Position numbers and translations under genes: made by a program. A DNA stretch of 64,000 nucleotides from positions 6,022 through 70,021 of the forward strand of contig JAYENI010000081.1 of NCBI GenBank assembly GCA_034722015.1, in the 5' to 3' direction. Shown one piece after another: positions 50,728-59,747 of the stretch (the stretch's first letter is position 1; every line of letters starts with the position of its first letter). The notes beneath the pieces were generated by a model, which was given only the letters and a program-made list of their open reading frames with translations, was not told the origin of the DNA and ran no database searches. The stretch is from Pseudomonadota bacterium. GTDB lineage: Bacteria > Pseudomonadota > Gammaproteobacteria > JAJDOJ01.

Positions 50728-50732
50728 AATCC

Positions 50733-51557
50733 ATGGACAAACCTGTCAGACGATTTACGCGCTTTGATCGCCTTACACACCTGTGGCTGATTCTCACCTT
50801 TATGGTGCTTGCCATCACCGGTACCGGACGTCTCTACGACTCCACGTACTGGGGGCGTTCCCTGCTCGACCTTTTCGGTGGCGAAGACCAGGCGATCCTG
50901 GTGCACATCTGGGCGGGATGGCTGATGACGATCGGATTCGGCGTGCACATTCTGTATCTGTTCACCAGGGTTCGATGGAGAGCACCGGGAAACAGTCTGT
51001 TCGGACCGGATTCACTGGTTCCCGTCTGGAGGGATTTCAAACAGTTCGGCCAACAGGTCCTCTGGTTTTTCGGCATCGGCAGGGACCCGGAATTTGAGCG
51101 CTGGACCTATTGGGAAAAGTTTGACTACTGGGCGGTGTTCTGGGGAATCCCGATCCTGTTCGTGACCGGGCTGATGTTGATCTACCCGGTGGAAACGGCA
51201 CGTGTCGTTCCCGGATGGACCCTGAACGTCGCGCTACTGATCCATCGCGCCGAGGCAATCCTCGCCGTCAGTTACATCATCCTCATCCACTTGATGGTCG
51301 GACATTTCCGCCGGTCCACGTTCCCGCTCAACGAGGCGATGTTCTCAGGGAGCGTACCGCTCGAACGTTTGAAAGACGAAAAGCCCTTGTGGGTAGCACG
51401 TCTCGATCGTCTGAACCAGTTGAAAGACCTTGCCACAACCCCACCCGCACTCTGGTTCCGGATGCTGTATTTCGTTTTCGGCTATGCCGTCATCGGACTC
51501 GGTGTGTACCTGGTGATCTGGGGGATCTACTACAGTCGGTTTGTCAGTTTGCACTGA
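50733..51557 (+). CDS. Membrane b-type cytochrome (Ni/Fe-hydrogenase / FdnI-like cytochrome b, PF01292-like)
   Basis: RFTRFDRLTHLWLILTFMVLAITG and later ...HRAEAILAVSYIILIHLMVGHF: 4-5 TM segments with conserved His pairs. Confidence 0.7.
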   Translation: MDKPVRRFTRFDRLTHLWLILTFMVLAITGTGRLYDSTYWGRSLLDLFGGEDQAILVHIWAGWLMTIGFGVHILYLFTRVRWRAPGNSLFGPDSLVPVWRDFKQFGQQVLWFFGIGRDPEFERWTYWEKFDYWAVFWGIPILFVTGLMLIYPVETARVVPGWTLNVALLIHRAEAILAVSYIILIHLMVGHFRRSTFPLNEAMFSGSVPLERLKDEKPLWVARLDRLNQLKDLATTPPALWFRMLYFVFGYAVIGLGVYLVIWGIYYSRFVSLH

Positions 51558-51968
51558 TCAGGGTGACATTCAGAATGCCCTGACAACGGGCGCGAATATC
51601 CTGCCTTCGATGTATCTGGAAATTTTCCCATCTGGATTTTCCGCCCGGTGCGCAATGTAACGGGTCGGCTGGTCAAACGGTGGGACCCGGTAGAGGATGA
51701 GCAGACGGCGCAATGGCTGGTATTCGCCAAGTCACAGTAAGAGGTGGAGTACGTCGGTACCGGATGCCGGCACGCTTTCGTGGTCCGCGACATCGGGCAG
51801 GCAGGCGAAGACGTCGCCGCTCTCGCATCCCTGTCCGCATCGGGAAAGTCTTCGCGGCGGGGTCCGGTGCTACCGGAAGAGCGCAACCGACTACAATTAT
51901 CCTGTTGTATCCGACTTCTGCTGTTCCCCAGGCACAGAATACTTCAGGGATTTCCTGTTCCTCGATGA

Positions 51969-54695
51969 GTGTTTGTCATGCCCACGAATGACCCGAGTTT
52001 CGCCTGGCATGCCCAGGATGTGGATGCCGTGCTCGAACGGCTGGAAACCAGGGATACCGGGCTCGAACAGGTCGAGGCCAACCTACGCCTGCAACGCTAC
52101 GGCCCGAACCGGCTGCCGCCGCCCAAACGCCGGGGTTCCTGGCTGCGGTTCCTGATCCAGTTCCACAACGTCCTGATCTATGTCCTGATTGCCGCGGCGC
52201 TGGTGACCGCCCTGCTGGGGCACTGGGTGGATACCGGCGTCATCGTCGCCGTCGTTCTCATCAACGCGCTGGTGGGGTTCGTCCAGGAAGGCAAGGCCGA
52301 ACGCGCGCTGGACGCCATCCGCAACCTGCTGTCTCCCCATGCCACCGTGCTGCGCGACCGGAAGCAGGTGGTGCTTCCCGCCGAGCAGGTCGTGCCGGGG
52401 GACGTCGTACTGCTGCAGCCGGGTGACAAGGTCCCTGCCGATCTGCGCCTGATTCGCGTCAGGGACCTGAGAATCGAGGAGGCCGCGCTGACCGGAGAGT
52501 CGGTGCCCGTGGACAAGACCCGGGGTGAGGTGGAGGAGGAGACGGTCCTGGGCGACCGGACCAGTATGGCATTCGCCAGCACCCTGGTGACCTACGGTCA
52601 GGGCGCCGGGATCGTCGTCGGTACCGGTGAGGACACCGAGATCGGCCATATCAGCGCCCTTCTGGGGAAGGTACACACGCTGACGACTCCGTTGCTGCGG
52701 CAGATCTCCCGATTCGGGCGCTGGCTGACCGCGGCCATCCTGTTCATGGCCGCCTGTACGTCCGCTTACGGCATCCTGGTCTGGGAAAATCCACTCAGCG
52801 ACATGTTTCTCGCCGCGGTCGGCCTGGCGGTTGCCGCCATTCCCGAGGGACTCCCCGCGATCATCACCATCACGCTCGCGATCGGCGTGCAGCGCATGGC
52901 CGCCCGCAACGGGATCATTCGTCTGCTTCCCGCAGTGGAGACGCTCGGCGCGGTTTCAGTTGTCTGTTCGGACAAGACGGGGACACTGACGCGGAACGAA
53001 ATGACGGTCCAGACCGTTGCCAGTGCCCGTAACCTGTTCGACGTGGCCGGGGTGGGCTACAACCCGCACGGCGGGATCCGTGTGAACGAAGAGGAGATAG
53101 ATCCCGAGACGCGCCCGGGACTGATGGAGCTGGCGCGCGCCAGCCTGCTCTGCAACGACGCCGAAGTGAATCTCGACGACGGGCGATGGAAGCTGTCGGG
53201 CGATCCCACCGAAGGCGCGCTGTATACCCTGGCCCTGAAATGCGGCCTCGATCCGTTGTTTCAGAAGGAGTCGCTGCCCCGTACCGACACGATTCCGTTC
53301 GATTCCCGGCACCGCTTCATGGCGACTTTGCATCACGACCATGCGGGTCACGGGTTCATCTATATCAAGGGCGCACCGGAGCGCCTGGTGGATCGGTGCG
53401 CATGGCAGCGCATCGAGGGCGAGGATCAGCCGATCGACATCGGCTACTGGTACCGGCGCGTGGAGGAGATCGCGCGGCGCGGTCAGCGAACCCTGGCACT
53501 GGCGTTCCGTTCCGCGGAACCGGACCACGGCGAGCTGAAGTTCGACCACGTCGAGGGGGGGCTCACCCTGCTCGGTCTGGTCGGGATCATCGATCCGCCC
53601 CGCGTAGAGGCAATCGAGGCCGTGAAGCAGTGCCGCTCGGCGGGAGTCACCGTCAAGATGATCACCGGGGACCACGCGGTGACAGCCCATGCGGTCGCCG
53701 ACCAGATGGGTATCGGCGACGGCGGCAGTACGCTGACCGGCGACGAGATCGAAGGGTCGGCCGAAGTGGAGTTGCGTGATGCCGTCCGGAACATCGACGT
53801 ATTTGCCCGTACCAGCCCGGAACACAAACTGCGCCTGGTGGAGGCGCTGCAGGCCAACGGCACCGTGCTGGCCATGACCGGCGACGGCGTCAACGACGCC
53901 CCCGCCCTGAAGCGCGCGGACGTGGGCGTGGCCATGGGCATCAACGGCACCGAGGTGGCGAAGGAGTCCGCTGAAATGGTGCTGGCCGACGACAACTTCG
54001 CGTCCATTGTCCACGCCATCGAAGAGGGCCGCACGGTCTACGACAATATCAAGAAATCCATTCTCTTCATTCTTCCCACCAACGGTGCGGAGGCGTTCAC
54101 CCTCATTGCGGCCATCCTGCTGGGCTATCACCTGCCCATCACCCCGGTCCAGATCCTCTGGGTGAACATGATCACGGCGGTCACGCTGGCACTGTCACTG
54201 GCCTTCGAACCGCCGGAGACCGATATCATGAACCGCCCGCCCAGGGACCCGGACGAGCCCATCCTGTCGGGGTTTCTCATCTGGCGCACGCTCTTCGTCT
54301 CCCTGCTCATGGTGGCGGGAATCTTCGGCCTGTTCCTGTGGGAGATCGATTCCGGCACATCGCTGGACACGGCAAGGACGGTCGCCGTCAATACGCTGGT
54401 GATGTTCGAGGTCTTCTACCTGCTCAACACGCGATACATCCGGCGCTCGATCCTGTCGCGCAAGGGGCTGACGGGGAACCGCAAGGTGCTCGTCGCCATC
54501 GTCCTGGTGGTCTTCTTCCAGTTTCTTTTTACCTACCACCCATGGATGCAACAGCTTTTTCACACCACGCCCCTGGATGCCAAAACCTGGGCGGTGCTGG
54601 TACTGGTCGCGTCATCGGTGTTCTTTGTCGTCGAGCTGGAGAAGTATTTCGCCAGATATTGCAGTTCCAGGAGTAAGGCGATTTCTGTCAAATGA
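51969..54695 (+). CDS. Cation-transporting P-type ATPase (P2-type, Ca2+/Mg2+-like)
   Basis: CSDKTGTLT phosphorylation motif; TGES; MITGDH...GDGVNDAPAL; 10 TM segments. Confidence 0.9.
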   Translation: MFVMPTNDPSFAWHAQDVDAVLERLETRDTGLEQVEANLRLQRYGPNRLPPPKRRGSWLRFLIQFHNVLIYVLIAAALVTALLGHWVDTGVIVAVVLINALVGFVQEGKAERALDAIRNLLSPHATVLRDRKQVVLPAEQVVPGDVVLLQPGDKVPADLRLIRVRDLRIEEAALTGESVPVDKTRGEVEEETVLGDRTSMAFASTLVTYGQGAGIVVGTGEDTEIGHISALLGKVHTLTTPLLRQISRFGRWLTAAILFMAACTSAYGILVWENPLSDMFLAAVGLAVAAIPEGLPAIITITLAIGVQRMAARNGIIRLLPAVETLGAVSVVCSDKTGTLTRNEMTVQTVASARNLFDVAGVGYNPHGGIRVNEEEIDPETRPGLMELARASLLCNDAEVNLDDGRWKLSGDPTEGALYTLALKCGLDPLFQKESLPRTDTIPFDSRHRFMATLHHDHAGHGFIYIKGAPERLVDRCAWQRIEGEDQPIDIGYWYRRVEEIARRGQRTLALAFRSAEPDHGELKFDHVEGGLTLLGLVGIIDPPRVEAIEAVKQCRSAGVTVKMITGDHAVTAHAVADQMGIGDGGSTLTGDEIEGSAEVELRDAVRNIDVFARTSPEHKLRLVEALQANGTVLAMTGDGVNDAPALKRADVGVAMGINGTEVAKESAEMVLADDNFASIVHAIEEGRTVYDNIKKSILFILPTNGAEAFTLIAAILLGYHLPITPVQILWVNMITAVTLALSLAFEPPETDIMNRPPRDPDEPILSGFLIWRTLFVSLLMVAGIFGLFLWEIDSGTSLDTARTVAVNTLVMFEVFYLLNTRYIRRSILSRKGLTGNRKVLVAIVLVVFFQFLFTYHPWMQQLFHTTPLDAKTWAVLVLVASSVFFVVELEKYFARYCSSRSKAISVK

Positions 54696-54835
54696 CATAC
54701 CATCCTGCTTGTCTTTTCGTCCGTCCCCTGTGTTGCGACAACCGTTCCATCGTTCGACGATGTGCCTGTTGTCGCGCCTTGATGACGACCGATAATCCGG
54801 CGCGATCTGATATGTCATTTTCCGGCAATCGCCTA
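54677..54835. repeat. MITE-like element copy 9
   Basis: taag|gcgatttctgtcaaatgacatacc ... atatgtcattttccggcaatcgc|ctaag. The 5' end overlaps the last codons of the ATPase. Confidence 0.85.
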
Positions 54836-55003
54836 AGCGAACCGGTCAGCAGGATTGACACGTACCAACAAGGAAAATGGCCTTTGGGTAGGTCGGGTTA
54901 GCGCAGCGTAACCCGAAAATTTTGCATCCCCCGGTGTCGGGTTACGCTTTCGCCAACCCGAAGGACGAAATGGCACCGGCAGTTTTTCGCGTCCTGACGA
55001 GAT

Positions 55004-55816
55004 TCACGGCCCGTCGGCACAACGAAACCCGATGGATCCGTAGATGCTGTCGCCACTGAACGGCGGCTTGACGTTTCGGTAGGAGCTGCGCAGGTTGTCG
55101 GTATTCTCGTCCCAGGAGCCGCCACGGACGACGCGCTGACGGCCATTTTCGGGGCCGACGAGGTCGCCTTTCGCGTACAGGCGCGTCAGGGCATCGGGGG
55201 CGTACCAGTTCATCACCCATTCCCCTGCGTTGCCGTGCATGTCGCGGAGGCCGAACGCGTTGGCTTCGCGGCTGCCGATGGGCCAGGTGCGGTCTTCACC
55301 GCAGCCATCCGGTTCGTCCGGGACGCTGCCCATGGTATGGCCGTCATCGAGGATGGCCTGCTTGCAGCTCACCTCGCCGCCCCAGGGATAGGGTGAGGTG
55401 CTGCCGGCACGGGCCGCTTTCTCCCATTCGGCCTCGGTCGGCAGGCGGCCCTGTCGGGTCGCGCAGTAGTCGAGCGCCTGCTGCCAGTCCACACAGTTGA
55501 CCGGGTGACCACCGCGATCCGGACTGCCGACGTTACAGTACTTGTTGCGGGCGTGGTCCTTGGGCCGGTTGCAGGCGCCGCTGTCGATGCAACGCGTGTA
55601 CTCGTCCACCGTGACCTCGTAGCGGTCGATGCGAAACGCCGGGACATCCACGGTGGTCCCGCCCGGTGCGCCTTCGTCGTCGCCGCAGGCCTTGTCACCG
55701 GTCGAGCAGCCCATCTGGAAAGGACCGGCCGGAATCCGGACCGGGTCCGGCGTCTGTGATGCGGTTGCGGTGGCTATGCCCGTTACGCCAGCCAGGAGCA
55801 GGACAGGAATCTTCAT
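55004..55816 (-). CDS. Secreted formylglycine-generating-enzyme (FGE/SUMF1) domain protein
   Basis: Signal peptide MKIPVLLLAGVTGIATATA. Family motifs RVVRGGSWDENTDNLRSSYR, HPVNCVDWQQALDYC and HGNAGEWV. Confidence 0.8.
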   Translation of the reverse strand: MKIPVLLLAGVTGIATATASQTPDPVRIPAGPFQMGCSTGDKACGDDEGAPGGTTVDVPAFRIDRYEVTVDEYTRCIDSGACNRPKDHARNKYCNVGSPDRGGHPVNCVDWQQALDYCATRQGRLPTEAEWEKAARAGSTSPYPWGGEVSCKQAILDDGHTMGSVPDEPDGCGEDRTWPIGSREANAFGLRDMHGNAGEWVMNWYAPDALTRLYAKGDLVGPENGRQRVVRGGSWDENTDNLRSSYRNVKPPFSGDSIYGSIGFRCADGP

Positions 55817-56446
55817 TTACGGGTTTCCTTGTTTGTCCGGTTCTTCGGTGAGCGCGAACAACACACCCTTCTCGACCCACAGGGTCACCTTGATGCCGCG
55901 CGACCAGGTCGAAACCGGCATCTCGCCCTTGTCGTAGTCCGGGATCCGGCGGAATGTTCTCGAGTCATAGCCGACTTCGTAGAGGGTGCGCAGGTCGTCT
56001 TCCCCCACGGACCCGAAGCGCAGCTGGGCCGCGGTAACGCCCTGCAGCGAACAGTAGCGACCGCCGAGCAGGGTCAGTCCACTGTCCGCCAGATAGCGGC
56101 TTTCCACCGGCATGAAGTCGAGTCGCGTGAAATAGTTCTGGATCCCCGCGATGCGCGTCGTATTGACCTCGAGCGGCTTCAGGTGCAGGTGGTTCTCGAC
56201 CACCTCGGAGGCGATCTCGTCGATCAGGTTTTCCGGACCGCCGGGCCGGGCGAGCCACAGGGTCAGGCCCGCCACGAGCAGGGCCACGGCCGCGGCGCCG
56301 GCCCAGGCGCCGTAGCGATTGCGCTCCCCTTCGGCCGGCCGGTCGTCACCGGCAGGTTGCAGAGACCTCAGGGCATCCAGTTGGCCCGCGTCGAGTTGCC
56401 TGGCGTTCAGGTGGTCCTTGAGGACCCGCTTGAGTGGACGCTTCAT
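55817..56446 (-). CDS. Anti-sigma factor (single TM)
   Basis: ATGA overlap with the sigma stop. N-terminal cytoplasmic region, TM AWAGAAAVALLVAGLTLWLA, periplasmic C-terminus. Confidence 0.6.
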   Translation of the reverse strand: MKRPLKRVLKDHLNARQLDAGQLDALRSLQPAGDDRPAEGERNRYGAWAGAAAVALLVAGLTLWLARPGGPENLIDEIASEVVENHLHLKPLEVNTTRIAGIQNYFTRLDFMPVESRYLADSGLTLLGGRYCSLQGVTAAQLRFGSVGEDDLRTLYEVGYDSRTFRRIPDYDKGEMPVSTWSRGIKVTLWVEKGVLFALTEEPDKQGNP

Positions 56447-56943
56447 GTGCCTGCCCCCTCCCTGATCCCGTCCCCGCCGAGGTCGAAACGGGCGATCTTC
56501 TTCTTCAGGCGGTGTATCCGCGAAAGGATGGTGCCCCGGGGCGAATCCAGCTGGGTCGCGATCTCGCGGGCGGTCATCTCCTCGTAGGCCCACAGATGCA
56601 ACAGTTCACGCTCCAGCGGATCGAGCCGGGCCAGGATCGACTCGATCATCTGCCGGTCGATCACCAGTTCCCCGGGATCCGGCATGGCCATGGACACCAG
56701 GCTGTCTCCGCCATCTTCCAGGGACTCGTGCGGGTAGCGCTTTTCCTTTCTGAGCTGGTCGATGTAGCGGTTGCGCATGACCCTGCGCAGATAAAACCCG
56801 GCGCCGTCGACGGGCCGCCGCGCGGGATCCATTTTCAGGTAGCACTCAATGGCGTCCTGCAGCAGGTCGTAGGCCAGAGTCTCGTCGTTGGTGAGCGAGA
56901 TGCCGTAGCGGTACAGGCCGTTGAGCTGCGCGTCACTGAACAC
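56443..56943 (-). CDS. ECF-family RNA polymerase sigma factor
   Basis: Region 2 (DLLQDAIECYLK...RVMRNRYIDQLR) and region 4 HTH (LTAREIATQLDSPRGTILSRIHRLKKKI). Confidence 0.8.
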   Translation of the reverse strand: MFSDAQLNGLYRYGISLTNDETLAYDLLQDAIECYLKMDPARRPVDGAGFYLRRVMRNRYIDQLRKEKRYPHESLEDGGDSLVSMAMPDPGELVIDRQMIESILARLDPLERELLHLWAYEEMTAREIATQLDSPRGTILSRIHRLKKKIARFDLGGDGIREGAGT

Positions 56944-57736
56944 CGGTTTGCCCCGTTTGTTCGTTCTCCAGGCGGAATCCGCAGATCCATCCGCGAGCGA
57001 CGAGGTTGGGGAGGCGGGTCATGGCGCCTGCCAGGCGCGGGTCTGTCGACAGTTGCGTCAGTGTCCGGACCGAAGCGATCGCCTCCAGCAGGGCGAATGC
57101 CTCCGCGTCGACCCGGACGATCTCTACCTCCAATTCGGCGCGGACGATTGCCAGACGGTCTGGCGTGCCGTCGGCGCGGATCTCGCGGGGCGCCTCTCCG
57201 TTCCTGTGGCGGCGCCAGAGTTCGAATACCGGCCAGTCGCTCTGCATCGGATAAAGGCTTGCGCTGAGGGTGAAGACGAGGCGTTCGGGCCGGTTCGCGG
57301 CGTCCGCGAAGTCCGTATAGTCGAACGGTGGATCATCCGGTGCGAACAGGGCCTGGTGCCAGTGGTATTCCAGCAGGGCCAGGTCGTGCAGATAGGGCAG
57401 TGCCGCAAGTTCCGTGTCGTGTTCCCGGAGGAAATCCGGAAATCCCACGCCGTACCGGTTCAGGTCCGGATCGGTCGTCGGACAACGCCAGGCGTATTCC
57501 CGGGCCAGTGTGGCGAAGACGCGCTCACCGATCACCTCCCGGCACACCGGGTAGATGCTCTCCAGCGCGGCGATGTGGGCCCCGCTGACGTTGTGTCGAT
57601 AGATAGCCAGCCGGTCCGGGTTGCTCAAGGTGCCGTATTGCCGGACCAGCGCCGCCCCCGCCTCCAGCTCCCGTTCGTTGCGGAACGGGCTGAGCGCGGC
57701 GCAGAGACGGGTCTGGATTTCCGCGAGGGAATTCAT
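56933..57736 (-). CDS. DUF2063 family protein (MNIO partner, BufC/MbnC-like)
   Basis: Translationally coupled (ATGA) to the DUF692 gene. Sequence pattern of DUF2063 putative-DNA-binding proteins. 267 aa. Confidence 0.75.
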   Translation of the reverse strand: MNSLAEIQTRLCAALSPFRNERELEAGAALVRQYGTLSNPDRLAIYRHNVSGAHIAALESIYPVCREVIGERVFATLAREYAWRCPTTDPDLNRYGVGFPDFLREHDTELAALPYLHDLALLEYHWHQALFAPDDPPFDYTDFADAANRPERLVFTLSASLYPMQSDWPVFELWRRHRNGEAPREIRADGTPDRLAIVRAELEVEIVRVDAEAFALLEAIASVRTLTQLSTDPRLAGAMTRLPNLVARGWICGFRLENEQTGQTGVQ

Positions 57737-58602
57737 GCCGATGCCGCCTCGGCGGGCGTATCGACGTGGCGCGCAACGAGGGCCTCGGCCTTTTGTCCCT
57801 CCGCCTGCAAGACCTCGAATGCGGGAATATCCTTGTCCCATTCGATCAGAGTGGGGATGTCCGGCTGCCGCCGGACGAAATCCTCGTACAGCCGCCAAAC
57901 GGGCGGCGTAACCGGGTGGTTGTGGGCGTCCAGCAGGTAACCCTCGCGGGTCTCGTAGCCGGCGAGGTGGATCTCGCGCACCCGCGCCACCGGGATCCGG
58001 TCCAGGTACGCCCGCGCGTCGAATCCATGATTCACCGCGTTGACGTAGACGTTGTTGATGTCGAGCAGCAGCTCGCAGTCGGCGCGCTCCAGCAGTTCGG
58101 CGATGAAATCCGCCTCGTCGATGTCCGAGGCCTGATAGCTGAGATAGCTGGAGACGTTCTCCACCAGGATCCGTCGACCCAGGAACTCCTGCACGAACTG
58201 GATCCTCGATGAGAGATGCCGCAGGGCTTCCTCGTTGCAGGGCAACGGGAGCAGGTCGTGGTAGTTGTGCCGCCGGAAACGTGTGAAACTCAGGTGATCC
58301 GACACCCAGGCGGGCTCGGCGTCCCGGACCAGTCGGCGGATGGCCTTCAGATAATCCATATCCAGCGGGTCCGTCCCGCCCAGGGACATCCCCACGCAGT
58401 GGAAGGTGAGGGGATAATGCTCCCGCACGGTCGCCAGTTGTCGCGGAATAGCGCCGCCGGTAGCCAGATAATTGTCGGCCAGGATCTCGAACCAGGGAAT
58501 GTCCGGACGATCGCGGAGAACCTCCGCAACATGCGTCGAGCGCAGCCCCAGGCCCACACCCCCAACACCGCTCCGTGCCCGTGAGGGCACGTGAGCGGGC
58601 AT
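57733..58602 (-). CDS. MNIO family enzyme (DUF692/UPF0276; MbnB/BufB-like)
   Basis: VGLGLRSTHVAEVL... TIM-barrel DUF692 pattern. Start taken at MPAHV (58602). Adjacent to the DUF2282 precursor. Confidence 0.85.
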   Translation of the reverse strand: MPAHVPSRARSGVGGVGLGLRSTHVAEVLRDRPDIPWFEILADNYLATGGAIPRQLATVREHYPLTFHCVGMSLGGTDPLDMDYLKAIRRLVRDAEPAWVSDHLSFTRFRRHNYHDLLPLPCNEEALRHLSSRIQFVQEFLGRRILVENVSSYLSYQASDIDEADFIAELLERADCELLLDINNVYVNAVNHGFDARAYLDRIPVARVREIHLAGYETREGYLLDAHNHPVTPPVWRLYEDFVRRQPDIPTLIEWDKDIPAFEVLQAEGQKAEALVARHVDTPAEAASA

Positions 58603-58616
58603 GTCTGGCGATGCCG

Positions 58617-58910
58617 TCACTTCTTGGCCGGTTTGACCGCGGCCACACTGCCACCGGTGATCTTGGTACACGTGCCCTCGGGGACGTAGATCCATTCGGT
58701 CGCCATATTGTCCTTCGCGGCCTGGCTGGCGCAACCGTGCTTGCCGTCCAACGCGCCACAATCGTTCATGCCGGCCTTGGAGATGCCCGCACACTTCTCC
58801 CAGTTCGCGGGCTGGTCCGGCACGGCCTGTGCAGTACCGGCGGCAATGCCCGCACCCAGGGCCAGAATACCGGCGATCGCGGTCTTGGTGAGGTCGCTTT
58901 CTTTCTTCAT
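58617..58910 (-). CDS. DUF2282 family secreted Cys-containing precursor peptide (bufferin-like RiPP precursor)
   Basis: Signal peptide MKKESDLTKTAIAGILALGAGIAAGTAQA. Core EKCAGISKAGMNDCGALDGKHGCASQAAKDNMATEWIYVPEGTCTKI with 4 conserved Cys. Confidence 0.8.
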   Translation of the reverse strand: MKKESDLTKTAIAGILALGAGIAAGTAQAVPDQPANWEKCAGISKAGMNDCGALDGKHGCASQAAKDNMATEWIYVPEGTCTKITGGSVAAVKPAKK

Positions 58911-59747
58911 GGGATGTTCCTGTTGTTGGAAAGGGAAGGATAGGATCGCGGTGCCGCGGCCCTCACCCTGTAAACGACCGGGGAGGGGATTTGATTGCAT
59001 GGGGAACTGGAAACACGGTTGCCATCATCCAACGTGGCGTGCCGATCGGGCATTGCCTGCGAGTACGCGGGTCGCGAAGATGGATCCAGCCCGTCTGTCA
59101 CGGAACAAAGGCGGATGCAATTGTGCACGCCATGACTTTCAGTCCGCGAGATTCAGCGGCACAGGTATTCGGCGGATCCCATCTTCGATGGCATGCCTTC
59201 CTTCAGATCAAGGTGTTCGTAAGAATCCGGAATCTGCTGAAGTTTCACAAAGGACTCCAGTTCTTCCACGGTCACGCAACTTCCAGAGATCCGTGTCGGG
59301 TATTCTGCGGAATTCCGTCGTCCAGCGTAGTCATTGAATGTCGTGTTCTGCCGTTCACTGAAATCGTTATCTGTGTTCATGCGCCCGTCAGTGTGCGATC
59401 AGCCATTGGTCATCATGACACACTCAGTGAAAAACGGGCTTGGGGGAACAGGAAGGAATTCGAATGGGGCAGGGGATACCGGAAGGATTGCACATCGTGC
59501 TGATCTCCTCTTTCAGACGCTCGATCTCCGCCGGCCCATCTACCGGCGCACGGCCGCCTACGGCCACTTCGGTAGAACGTTGCTCGGGTTCTCCCGGGGG
59601 AAAACGTATCGCACGGAGGACCTGAGGGTCGCCTGCCGACTCCCGTTACGGTGACGCTCCGGTGACAATGTCGAATCGTTGCGATAACAGCCACACGGGG
59701 CGGAGCGCCCAACGATGATGCACGCGGCACTCCGCCCCCCTGCCCGC

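Noticed and set aside
52956-54131. 391-aa minus-strand ORF
   Set aside because: Antisense to the P-type ATPase (DKTGTLT frame).
59153-59380. 75-aa low-GC minus-strand ORF upstream of the DUF2282 precursor
   Set aside because: No signal peptide, RBS or family features. Could be a small accessory gene, but support is insufficient.
59700-59745. GGGGCGGAG…CTCCGCCCC inverted repeat downstream of the 59748-60311 gene as a terminator
   Set aside because: Good 9-bp stem but a ~26-nt loop and no following U-tract; not a convincing intrinsic terminator.
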